Shown: positions 49,101 through 61,034 of the stretch, one piece after another
Layout: each line of letters begins with the position of its first letter
Position numbering within the stretch: position 1 is the stretch's first letter
Origin: Anthoceros angustus
Lineage: Eukaryota; Plantae; Anthocerotophyta
Reading direction: 5' to 3'
Length of the DNA stretch: 64,000 nt
Assembly: GCA_010909165.1 (NCBI GenBank)
Contig: MU008161.1
Span: forward strand, 1,054,001-1,118,000
The notes under the pieces: generated by a model
The model's database searches: none
What the model saw: only the letters and a program-made list of their open reading frames with translations
What the model was told of the DNA's origin: nothing
Program-made: the position numbers and the translations under genes

Positions 49101-52100
49101 GGCCATGCAATCATGGAGTGGAGGTGTTTGGGACGATGCGGTGTGGTCGCCCTCTTGTGGTGAATTGGGAGGAGCAGTGGCACTCCGTGACGTAGAGCAA
49201 GGTACGGGTTTTGGCTTTGTTGGGGAGTGACCGTCCTCACAGGTGTGGTGGAAGTGGACTCGTCTTGATCGGGTTGATTGGACTTTTTGGCGGCTTGCCA
49301 ACTTGAATGGATCCGTCACTCTACGCCCGATGGACTCATGAGGGCAGAAGGTTGTCATTGATTGACGAAAGAAACAAACGCCTTGCTAACGCTGCTGCCA
49401 TTGATTTGATGGACATGGTGATGGTAACGTGATGCGGCCACATTGGGCTAATCATGTCTGTTTGGTTTTGTGTTGTAGAGTGAAGGCCATGCAATCATGG
49501 AGTGGAGGTGTTGGGGAGGATGCAGGTGTGGTCGCCTCTTGTGGTGGTGGGAGGAGCAGTGGCACTCCGTGATTGGGAGTGACCGTCCTCACGGATGTGG
49601 TGGAAGTGGACTGCTCACGATCGGGTTGATTGGCCTTTTTGCAGCTTGCCAACTTGAATGGATCCCGCCTGCCCGATGGACTCATGAGGGCAATGTAAGG
49701 TTGTCATTGCTTCCGGATGAGGCGGAAACAACGGCACTTGCATGACCGCCAGTTCACATTGATTTCGATGGACATGGTGATGGTAACGTGATGCGCATGA
49801 TTGGGCTAATCATGTCTGTTTGGTTTTTTTTGCTGTAGAGTGAAGGCCATCTGTAATCATGGAGTGGAGGCTTTGGGACGATGCGGTGTGGTCGCCCCTC
49901 TTGTGGTGAATTGGGAGGAGCTGCAGTGGCACTCCGTGACGTAGAGCAAGGTACGGGTGTTGGCTTTTGTTGGGGAGTGACCGCCCTCGGATGTGGTGGA
50001 AGTGGACTCGTCTTGATCGGGTTGATTGGACTTTTTTTTGCAGCTTGCCAACTTGAATGGATCCCGCTACCGCCTGATGGACTCATGAGGGCTGAAGGTT
50101 GTCATTGATTCGCATGTAAGGAAACAAACGCCTTGTGCACTTAACACGCCAGTTCACATTGATTTCAGTGGACATAGTGATGGTAACGTGATGCAGCACA
50201 GATTGGGCTAATCATGTCCTGTTTGGTTTTTTTCTGTTGTAGAGTGAAGGCCAGTCTGTAATCATGGAGTGGAGGCTGTTTGGGAGGATGCAGGCTGTGT
50301 GGTCACCCCTCTTGTGGTGAATTGGGAGGAGCCAGAGTGGCACTCCGTGACGTAGAGGTGCGGGGTTTTGGCTTTTTGTTGGGGAGTGACCGTCCTCACA
50401 GATGTGGTGGAAGTGGACTCGTGCTGATCGGGTTGATTGGACTTTTTGGCGCTTGCCAACTTGAATGGATCCGTCACTCTACGCCCGATGGACTCATGAG
50501 GGCATGAAGGTTGTCATTGATTGAGACGAGAAAAACAACGTCTTGTGCACTTAACGCGCGATTCACATTGATTTGATGGACATGGTGATGGTAACGTGAT
50601 GCGGCATGATTGGGCTAATCATGTCCTGCTTGGTTTTTTTCTGTAGAGTGAAGGCCACCGCAATCATGGAGTGGAGGCTTTGGGAGGATGCAGTGTGGTC
50701 GCCTCTTGTGGTGAATTGGGAGGAGCTGCAGTGGCACTCCGTGACGTAGAGCAAGGTACGGGTGTTGGCTTTTGTTGGGGAGTGACCACCTCCTCATGTG
50801 GTGGAAGTGGACTCGTCTTGATCGGGTTGATTGGACTTTTTTTTGCGCCAACTTGTATGGATCCGTCACTCTGCCCGATGGACTCATGAGGGCACAAGGT
50901 TGTCATTGCTTCGGGAAACAAACGCCTTGTGCACTTAACACCGCCAGCTCACATTGATTTCGATGGACATGGTGATGGTAACGTGATGCGATGATTGGGC
51001 TAATCATGTCTGTTTGGTTTTTTTTGTAGAGTGAAGGCCATCTGTAATCATGGAGTGGAGGCTTTGGGACGATGTGGTCGCCCTCTTGTGGTGAATTGGG
51101 AGGAGCAGTGGCACTCCGTGACGTAGAGCAAGGTAGGGTTTTGGCTTTTGTTGGGAGTGACCGCCCCGCGATGTGGTGGAAGTGGACTCGTCTTGATCGG
51201 GTTGATTGGCCTTTTGCAGCTTGCCAACTTGAATGGATCCCGTACCTGGCGGACTCATGAGGGCTGAAGGTTGTCATTGATTCGCATGTAAGGAAACAAA
51301 CGCCTTGTGCACTTAACACCGCCAGCTCACATTGATTTGTGGACATGGTGATGGTAACGTGATGCGATGATTGGGCTAATCATGTCCTGCTTGGTTTTTT
51401 TTGTAGAGTGAAGGCCAGTCTGCAATCATGGAGTGGAGGCTGTTTGGGAGGATGCAGGCTGTGTGGTCGCCCCTCTTGTGGTGAATTGGGAGGAGCCAGA
51501 GTGGCACTCCGTGATTGGGGAGTGACCGTCCTCACAGATGTGGTGGAAGTGGACTCGTTCTGATCGGGTTGATTGGCCTTTTTTTTTGCAGCTTGCCAAC
51601 TTGAATGGATCCCGTCACTCTCTGCCCGATGGACTCATGAGGGCACAGAAGGTTGTCATTGCTTCAGATAGACGGAAACAAACGGCTTGTGCACTTGACA
51701 CTGCCAGTTCACATTGATTTCAGTGGACATGGTGATGGTAACGTGATGCGATGATTGGGCTAATCATGTCCGCTTGGTTTTTTGTAGAGTGAAGGCCCCG
51801 CAATCATGGAGTGGAGGTTTTGGGAGGATGCAGGTGTGGTCGCCTCTTGTGGTGAATTGGGAGTGGCACTCCGTGATTGGGGAGTGACCGCCCTCACGTG
51901 GTGGAAGTGGACTGCTCGACCCTTTTTGCATTGCCAACTTGAATGGATCTCACTCCGCCGATGGACTCATGAGGGCATGAAGGTTGTCATTGCTTAGGCA
52001 GACTAAACAAACGGCTTGTGCACTTGACCGCCACCACATTGATTTCGTGGACATGGTGATGGTAACGTGATGCGATGATTGGGCTAATCATGTCTTTTTT

Positions 52101-52170
52101 TGTGTTGTAGAGTGAAGGCCACAGAATCATGGAGTGGAGTTTGGGACGACGTGTGTGTCGCCTCTTGTGG
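48750..52170. repeat. Tandem array of a ~330-410-bp unit, ~9 copies (a 10th copy near 46950-47300)
   Basis: The anchor GGACTCATGAGG occurs near 47085, 48933, 49332, 49679, 50079, 50489, 50879, 51252, 51631 and 51963. Confidence 0.92.
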
Positions 52171-52180
52171 CCGTGCTGTC

Positions 52181-52372
52181 AAAAATGAGTAGATTGATGC
52201 TACATCAAAATAATGTCAATATGAGTAGGGTTTTCAAAATGAGTAAGGTTGTCAAAAATGAGTAAGGTTGTCAAAAATGAGTAAGGTTGTGAAAACGAGT
52301 AGGGTTTTCAAAATGAGTAAGGTTGTGAAAACGAGTAGGGTTTTCAAAATGAGTAAGGTTGTGAAAACGAGT
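52181..52372. repeat. 19-20-bp minisatellite (AAAATGAGTAAGGTTGT[C/G]A / AAACGAGTAGGGTTTTCA), expanded copy of 53432-53540
   Basis: Direct identity with 53432-53540, including the lead-in AAAATGAGTAGATTGATGCTACATCAAAATAATGTCAAT. Confidence 0.9.
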
Positions 52373-53502
52373 CAGTTCTTCCTTGGGCCAGTTATCCTAG
52401 TCCCACTATTATTGTGGTGTGACCAGCTGCTTTCTAACAACTCTTCTCAATGTACCTCACAGTCTCAAAAGATAAAATGTATGAGGAGGCTGGCATCGAC
52501 TAGATGGAGGAGGACGAGGATGCATCCAGCGAGGAGCTCATGGAAATGGAAATACTCAAAGGAAGCAAGGGGAATAAAGCTATGCTCTTGTCCACTCCAA
52601 GTTCTAAGAGTGAGAAATCATATTAGATAGACGCACCTAGGTAGGGACAGGGTTTGGGTCCTCTAAATACTGAAATAGAGACTCCTCTTCAGACAAAAAC
52701 TTACTGGCCTCTGGTTTAGGTGGATGTGTGAAGTGGTTCTAAGACACCTAGTGCTTCTTTAAACTGATGATGCTTCAACTTGGGTAAGGCCTTGTACACG
52801 ATTCGCCAATATATTCTTATAGACACCTACGTATTCAGGGCCAATATATTTTTATAGATGCCTACGTATTCAGCGCCAATATATTCTTATAGACGCGTAT
52901 TCAAGCCAGAAAGTCACTAAAAAATATGCCCCATCTCCTTTGTCCGCTTTGGTATTCCATACTACCGTGCTTGAAATGATCTACACCAGAAGGTAGGTAG
53001 CATAGTAGGATGCCGCTTTTTGTTCCTGTAATTATTACCTTTTCTTCTCTTTGTGATATGTCGTTTCATATTAGCTTCAAAATATTCGATAAGGTTCTTT
53101 TCATTCGAATTGTTAGATAGGCAGGTTGGACAAGTTCATACCACTCATTGGAATGGTTAGAGCAGGTTGGACAAGTTTATACTAACTAGTCTACGACATT
53201 TTGATGGAGTGTGATGTATGAAGTGCCATGTAGTATTACGATGCAATGCATTTTATATACGCTTTTCAAATATTTTGAAACTACCATAAAAAAATGTATC
53301 ACAAAGAGAAGAAAATATCTTAACAATACAAAAAATTACAATTATAGAAACAAGATTTACATTCTACTAATCTGTCTTCTAGCTTACATCCGCAAGGAGT
53401 GCGTAAAATATAACCTTCAAAAAATCATGGTAAAATGAGTAGATTGATGCTACATCAAAATAATGTCAATATGAGTAGGGTTTTCAAAAATGAGTAAGGT
53501 TG

Positions 53503-54775
53503 TCAAAAATGAGTAAGGTTGTGAAAACGAGTAGGGTTTTTTCTTCGGCAATCAAGTCGAATCTCTGCTTCATTATCCCCCTGCAAGTGTACACCAACCC
53601 GGCCAAGAGAAAGAACGGCCTGTGCAAAGTCTGCCAAGAAAAGTGGTGTATCTCTCATATATGTTCGCACAAGTGCTCTTGTGCTATTCTCTTCATAAAG
53701 CAATTGATCGGAGCTGAGAAGACCTCGACGTCTAGACAGATTAGTGTAATACCGAGAATCAAATTCCATAGGAGTTGAATAATCCAATTGTACTCTAGTT
53801 TCCAGAGCAGGGTCTCCCGTAAGATTATCAGTTCTGCACCGTGCTTCAAGTAATATCCCATACTCCATATCCAAATCAGAAGCAAGGCGAGGTTCTAATC
53901 TGTCTACGAAGGTAGAACAACGTGCTTGACCTACGGTGTGTGCTCCTGATCATAACAAACAATCAGAGATTAGATACCACTTCAATGAATCTAGAGACAG
54001 AAACATCTACATAGTTTGAAAAGAAGAATGAAGCGTAACAGTACCAGATAATGTCACCATTTGTTCCAAGGAAATGCCGATCTCGCTGAATTTAGCTTGA
54101 AGTTCACGAAGCGTCATATTCGGTGCCGGAAGAGCTGCGTCTGCATCTTCTTTCAAGGTAACAAATCCGTCTAACCTACCGGCCTCCACATTCCACGTTG
54201 GCCCTCCTCCCTGCACGTACGCAACTCAGATGTAAGAAACAGAATCAGTCATGCACTGAAATGGAGTCTGGACATCGATTTTCCGGAAGAAGATTCTGAC
54301 CAGGTTTACGGCGTCTCGAGCAGCAAATGCGAGAATATCAGCACAGGTCACGACACCGGGACATAAGTTTTCGACGCTCGCTTTGATATCATAGATAACG
54401 TCGAGGTACCTCATCCCGGCATTCAAGGAGGAATCCAATTCTCCTTGGACCCCCGCTGGGGGTTCCAACAAGATAGATGCGTCGCATCCCTGCAAGAAGA
54501 CACGAACGGGATAGTTACAAGACAGTAGACGTCCATCAAGAAATCATCCCGCTTCAAGTGTGATGCGATGTACATACCCGAACCATGCAGTCATGAAAAT
54601 GGAGACGAAGCAAAGCAGGCCCCACGCGCGAGTCGTTATCGTAATACTCCGCCACCTGAGCGCCAATGAGCGCCTGCAGACCTGGGCACTGCAGATCGTA
54701 ATATCCCGTGGACAGGATGCCGTTGGCTGCTCCACAGCAGCATAGCAGAAACAAGACATACGCAAGAGCCCCCAT
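53503..54775 (-). CDS. Class III secretory peroxidase, 4 exons, 331 aa
   Basis: Exons 54775-54578, 54489-54301, 54210-54045 (166 nt, canonical) and 53945-53503. Signal peptide, distal LLRLHFHDC, GCDAS, TCADIL, proximal GAHTVG and all eight conserved Cys are present. Confidence 0.95.
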
Positions 54776-55164
54776 CGCTTTCAGAATATTAGCACGTAGC
54801 TCAAAGCGTAGCGGACGTTGCATCTCATGGCTCATGGTGAGATGCGGATAAGGAGTTATCGGCTCCATCTACAAGTAAGAGAGATCTCGTTTCTTGCACT
54901 CTCCGCAACTCTGGGCTCAGCTCAGGTCACTGCTCTCTCACACTCCACGGTCGGAGAAAATGTAGGCCCCCGCAACTCTAGGCTCAGCTCAGATTCACTG
55001 CTCTCTCACACTCCACAGTCGGAGAATATGATCGGCCAGCAGATGATCCTAATAAACAAGGCAGAGAACCTCCTGGAAACTAGTCTGTTTATCTTAACCA
55101 CTTTCCAGGTCCTTAACCATTTCCTGAGTCCGTTTATGAGAATCATACCGCACTCACATGCCCG

Positions 55165-57560
55165 GCATCACCTAAACCTGGTATGCATCTTTCAGTTCAT
55201 CACGCTTTGCATACCCAGATATCCCGGGCATGCCATGTCCCCGCCTCTCTTGTGGCCGTGCTGTCAAAACCATGCGTGCATTTTCCAGTTCATGACATTT
55301 CGCATGACCAGATATCAGGGCTTTTCCATGTCACCACAAGGAAGATTCCGAAGCGGGTTGTGTTCCAATCTGGTGCCTAAGGATATGCACAGGACGGGCA
55401 TCCCGTCATGTGGAATGTTTCAGACTGCCCAATGAATAGGTCGAGCAAACATGACAACTCACATGGAAGAAGTGGATTCAGGCTCAGTGCCTCGTTGCTC
55501 GCAAATCGAGTAGGCACCAGTGCTCACAGAAGCCCTCATAAGGCAAGCAAAAGTAGCATGGTCAGCCGAACTGAGGCATTCTGCCTCCATCTGTACATAC
55601 AGAACAACCGGCTGAACGGCTCCATCCCATGGGAGCTTGGGACTACACACCGAACTTGTTCGGCCCTGGCTGGGCTACAACAATCTTACAGGGCCCAGCC
55701 CTGACGTGCCAACAATCTGCACAAGCTGTAGGAACTAGGTCTGAACTCCAACCTGCTCAGCGACTCCATTCCTGGCGAGTTGAGGCAGTCCAGTAACCTG
55801 CGGATCTTGTATCCAGCTCCAACCTGCTGTTGACAGGATCCATCCCACCTGGGCTGGGTGCTCTGCCAAACCTCCAAGTGCGCCTGCTCCTCAAGAATGA
55901 TCTTTCCGGTGCGACCCAGCCGATGTGTGGAACTGCTCCAGCTTGACCACTCTGGGCTGTCAAAGATCTCACAGGGTCCATTCCTGCCGAGCTTGGCGAT
56001 CTGCAAAAGCTGGAGGATCTGGGTCTACTCTTCAAACTCCTCAGCGGCAGTCTCCTGCATCCATTGAAACTGTTTTTGGTGCTTCTTGGCTTGGAGGAAA
56101 TCAGGAACTTGAGGCCACATTCCACGAAGCATTGGCCAGTTGAAGCAGCTTTGATACATACAGTGGTACTAGGACTGGTGGGCTAACGATGGATTGACCG
56201 GAGATTCCCATCGAGATTGGAAACCTCTGTCGTCTGCAGAAGCTATTTTTGGAGAACAACCAGCTGAACGGCTCCATTCCTGGCGAGTTGAGGCAGTCCA
56301 GTAACCTGCGGATCTTGTATCCAGCTCCAACCTGCTCAGCGACTCCATTCCTGGCGAGTTGAGGCAGTGCAGTAACCTGCGGATCTTGTATCCAGCTCCA
56401 ACCTGCTCAGCGACTCCATTCCTGGCGAGTTGAGGCAGTGCAGTAACCTGCGGATCTTGTATCCAGCTCCAACCTGTTGACAGGATCCATCCCACCTGGG
56501 CTGGGTGCTCTGCCAAACCTCCAAGTTGCCCAGCGTACCCAGCAATCAGGGCATTCCATGTCACCAAATTCTTTGAGTTCATGCTGTCAAAAACCTGGCG
56601 TGCCTCTCTCAGTTCATCACATTCTGCGTCCTTCAGATCTCATCATTTTGCATACATATCCGCAGGCAGTTGCCCACATTCGATATCCTGCGACGTGCGT
56701 GCAGGAGCTTCCACCGTCCCTCGGCAGTAGCGTAGGTACGCCAAGACTGGAGACTTGGAAGATGCAGAACCCAGGGAGCACGCAATCCCGGAATTGCACT
56801 GTGGGGGTATTTCCTGCTTACCATTTCTGTTGAGAGATGGCGGTTTCTGGTTGGATACCTGTGCTTGGAGTGATGCACCTTGCTGTGTAAAAGGGAAGAC
56901 AAATACTGAAAGCAATATAGCAGTTATAGCAACTACAACACCAAGGTAGCTTAAATAACACCGCACATAAGGCAGCTCCTTGCGGTAGCCTGTACACCCC
57001 CACCATCCTATGCAAGCTGCAGGCCGGCACCAATTGATGGTGGCCTACTTTGTTAGCAAGGACCAGGAATCGGTCAGTTGACAAGACCGATAGGAGGTCG
57101 ACGGCTAGTGACGCAACCGGGCCCATGACATGAACTCACAACCAGGTCTGTCAGTGGAAGCACAACAGGTGTGAAAAATATGGCAGTTGCTGCCAACAGT
57201 AGCACGGCCAACCATGCATATCCTGCTTGCTCTCTGGCGTGATTACCCCTCCAGCCTCAAACGCATTGCTCTTAAACCACCCTGCCTGCCCCAGCTGACT
57301 TGTCCAAGATCTGAACGGTAACAAAGACCTTAGGATCACAGGAGAATATAAGAGCAGTCATGGAACGCTGTGGTGCCAAAGATCCAGTCGAAGCTTTGCT
57401 TAACATGAACTGAGAATCAAAGGGGAGCGTTGGGACAATGACTGTAGGCACCTTGACGATCTGAGCATCAGAAAAGCTTTCGCCTGCGCATAGTCTGCCG
57501 TGCTGCAACTAAACAGTCAAAGACAGAAGCAACCCAACAAACCAAACCCACCAATCAAAG
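55165..57560 (-). pseudogene. PLS-class pentatricopeptide repeat (PPR) pseudogene
   Basis: Manual translation gives VGNCL.DMYAK**, ARQVFDSMNSKNLVTWNALIAGYA (56610-56530), LYVQMEAECL...DHATFACLMRAS (55610-55530) and 31-aa S-like repeats TWKALISGHAKCHELENARMV / ISGYAKRDELKDAYQV (55340-55170). Many stops and frameshifts. Confidence 0.8.
55600..56527 (+). pseudogene. Displaced LRR cassette block copied from the downstream LRR gene
   Basis: 55600-56270 is a near-copy of 58130-58760, followed by three tandem 71-nt LRR modules (56272, 56343, 56414). Confidence 0.8.
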
Positions 57561-57750
57561 CGCCCGTCATGAGCACCAGAGAACAAACAAAATCCTTCAA
57601 TTTCGAGCGCGATGCGCTGAAGCATTAAAATTCCAGACAGCCTAGCTACAAATGTAGAACTTACTAAGATCTCACCGAAATCAGTTCTACCCAGCCCACC
57701 GTGTGCTGCCTCCAAAAACGTCCTGAAACTACACATGTACCACCTAAACC

Positions 57751-60532
57751 TTGGCTAAACTCAGTATAGCCAGGGTTTTGCTATCAGCCAATGTGCTCTT
57801 GCTCCACCAGCCTCACAATGCTCCCTCCGGCTCCATTCCTGGTGAGTTGAGGCAGTGCAGTAACCTGCGGGTCTTGAATCTCATTTCCAACCTGTTGACA
57901 GGCCCCATCCCAGCTGGCCTGAGTGCCCTGCCAAACCTCCAAGTTCTCTTTTTCCTCTGGAATGATCTTTCCGGTGCGATTCCAGCCGATGTGTGGAACT
58001 GCTCCAGCTTGACCACTCTGGGTATCGGTATGACATCATCTGGTGATGAAAACTAGTCTCCAAAACGCAGATCACGGGTAGCAGCCCACCGGAGATTGGA
58101 AACCTCTGTCGTCTGCAGAAGCTATTTTTGGAGAACAACCAGCTGAACGGCTCCATCCCATGGGAGCTTGGGACTACACCGAACTTGTTCGGCCCTGGCT
58201 GGGCTACAACAATCTTACAGGGCCCAGCCCTGACGTGCTTGGCAATCTGCACAAGCTGTAGGAACTAGGTCTGAACTCCAACCTGCTCAGCGACTCCATT
58301 CCTGGCGAGTTGAGGCAGTCCAGTAACCTGCGGATCTTGTATCCAGCTCCAACCTGCTGTTGACAGGATCCATCCCACCTGGGCTGGGTGCTCTGCCAAA
58401 CCTCCAAGTGCGCCTGCTCCTCAAGAATGATCTTTCCGGTGCGACCCAGCCGATGTGTGGAACTGCTCCAGCTTGACCACTCTGGGCTGTCAAAGATCTC
58501 ACAGGGTCCATTCCTGCCGAGCTTGGCGATCTGCAAAAGCTGGAGGATCTGGGTCTACTCTTCAAACTCCTCAGCGGCAGTCTCCCTGCATCCATTGAAA
58601 CTGTTTGGGCTTGGTGCTTCTTGGCTTGGGAGGAAATCAGGAACTTGAGGGCCACATTCCACGAAGCATTGGCCAGTTGAAGCAGCTTTGATACATACAG
58701 TGGTACTAGGACTGGTGGGCTAACGATGGATTGACCGGGGAGATTCCCATCGAGATTGGAAACTGCACAAAGGTTGAATGGCTGGATCTGCAGGGGCAAA
58801 AACTGAGTGGGCCAATTCCGAGATCGCTCTCCACACAGTCACATTTGTCCGCCGTATCATTAACGAAGAGCAATTTCAGCGACTCCTTACGGATACTCCA
58901 GTTCGTCAGCAGTTTCCGCAATCTGACATACTTGACTTTGCACACTACAGTGGCCTGACAGGCAGCATCCCGCCAGCATTCAGGGACTTGTCAAACTGGA
59001 ATATCACAATCTTGGCGAAAACTCACTCACCGCCCGTTTGCCCGACATCATAGGGAACATGACCAGATTGCGGAAACTCTTCTTGGACCACAACAAGATC
59101 ACTGGGCCAAATCCTGCATCCTTCGCACAGCTCTCACTCCTAGCCTATTTAGACATGGGGAGCAATCTTCGACAGGGCACGATTCCCCCCTTTTTGGGAA
59201 ACTTTTCACCGACCTCCTTGTCCCTTGCGGACAACCAGTTCACTGGGAGCATTCCGCACAGCCTTGGGCAGCTTGTCCACTCGGAGAGGCTTTCTCTAAG
59301 CTCAAATGATCTGTCGGGACACATTCCGGATGGGGTCATCCCAAATTCACTCACAGGCCCTATGCCAGACTTCGTAGGGAACATGACCAGCGTGGAGTGG
59401 CTCGCCTTGAGCTACAGTCAGTTTACTGGGCAAATTCCTGCATCCTTCGCGCAGCTCTCGCGCGTATCCGAGCTGGACCTGCAGGCTACTCCAATCATCT
59501 ATGGGATGCAATTCCCTCCTTTCTGGGAGGATTTTCACTGTTACAGATCTTGAAACTTGGGTTCAACAACTTCACTGGGCGCATCCCACAGAGCTTTCAG
59601 CAGCTTGTTCGCCTGCGTAACCTTCCTCTAAGCTCAAATAATCTGTCAGGACGCATCCCGGATGTGTTCATTAACATGACGGAGCTGCAGGAACTCTACT
59701 TGGATGCCACCGGCTTCAACGGCAAGCTTCCCGCTTCCATGAGCAATCTCTCCAAGTTGCGTACACTCTTCCTTAAGGCAAACAATGTGGAGGGCAGCAT
59801 TCCTGCATCATTTGCTATAATTAGTCACGGCTGGAGCAACTGGATATCTCCTCCGCTCGGCTGACTGGCACCATCCCAAAGAACCTGCTGAAAACGATGA
59901 AATTCTGCGGACGCTTCTTCTCAGTAACAAAACTTTGACAGGTACCCTTGCAAACTTTGATTGCCACACCATATCAATTGTCCATTGTCGGGTAAACTCG
60001 CAAACTTTCGACGTTAAGAGTTCTGACCCAACGCCTTATCATGTGAACACAATGCCAGGCCCAATTCCGGAGAGCATTGGGAACGCCACCCGTCTGCTAA
60101 CCTTGACCTTGCGAGGAAACGAATTGAATGGCTCCATCCCGACCACTTAGCGCCATTACATCAACCTTGAATTTCTCAAGACTGGCTTCCTTGAGTCATT
60201 TCAGCGTTGCAGGGAATAATCTTTCGGGTCCAATTTCGAAGGGACCGCAATTCGACACTTGGGGCTCAGATAACTCGTCAAACCTACCAAAAAATCCAAA
60301 GCTGTGTGGTGCTCTCCTGTCGCCTTGCCCAATTCCTAACGAGCCACCAGGTGGAGGAGATAGCCGCAGTCAAGTAGAAGAATCGAATGACGGCGGTCCG
60401 TTCATATCAAAGCTAGCCTGTGGGATTGGTTTCGTCGTGGGGTTCCATGACATGTTTGGCCAAAAAACGAGGGTCGATTCACACATACGTCCCGGTCATG
60501 GCCTTGTGGTCGTATGTGTGAATCGACACTAA
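57751..60532 (+). pseudogene. LRR receptor-like protein (no kinase domain), multiply frameshifted
   Basis: More than 20 plant extracellular LRRs (LxxLxLxxNxLSGxIP) are spread over several frames. C-terminal FSVAGNNLSGPISKGPQFDTW...NPKLCGALL..C is followed by an acidic stretch and a TM start (LACGIGFVVGF). No kinase motifs follow. Confidence 0.8.
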
Positions 60533-61034
60533 TGGAGTATGACAGGAGTTGCCGCGCATTACCGACGAGAGCCTGGCATAAGATAGTGAAATATGGGCTC
60601 TATGAAAGTCCTCCATGATCTTGTGGTGGGTACTTGGATAGAGACAAGACTCCAGAAGCATACACCTCTGACTGGTTTAAATACTATGCACTGCGGCTTC
60701 ACACTCATCATTTCCCACAGTTCCTGTTTTCCACATCAGAAAAGCATGAGCTGAAGAGCACTTGCAGTAGTTGATGCACTGCAATCTTATGCTGCAGTTG
60801 GAAACATGCATCAGAACTTATCCAAACAAGAGAAGCCAAATGTTGAAATAGCTCCCATCCAAAGTGAACAAAGCGATGATGATGAACACGGATGATGCTG
60901 TATGCCCTGAACACTGCAGAGCTCTCAGTACAGCCATGTGAAAATTTGACCATACAGGCATGCGGGAATGGAAGCACGAAGCACATCTCACATTGTTTCA
61001 GCCCTGCTTGCGAGCTAGTAACATCCATCTTCCT

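Noticed and set aside
48750-52170. Tandem 5S rDNA, snRNA, tRNA/SINE or hammerhead retrozyme array
   Set aside because: No 5S or snRNA motifs were recognised. TGGTGGAAGTGG resembles an A box but no B box follows. CTGATGGA/CTCATGAG does not give a CUGANGA...GAAA core with supporting stems by eye.
52800-53190. Short 35-bp x3 and ~40-bp x2 repeats downstream of the peroxidase, and an ~85-bp x2 repeat at 43450-43600
   Set aside because: Ordinary small intergenic duplications with no further structure.
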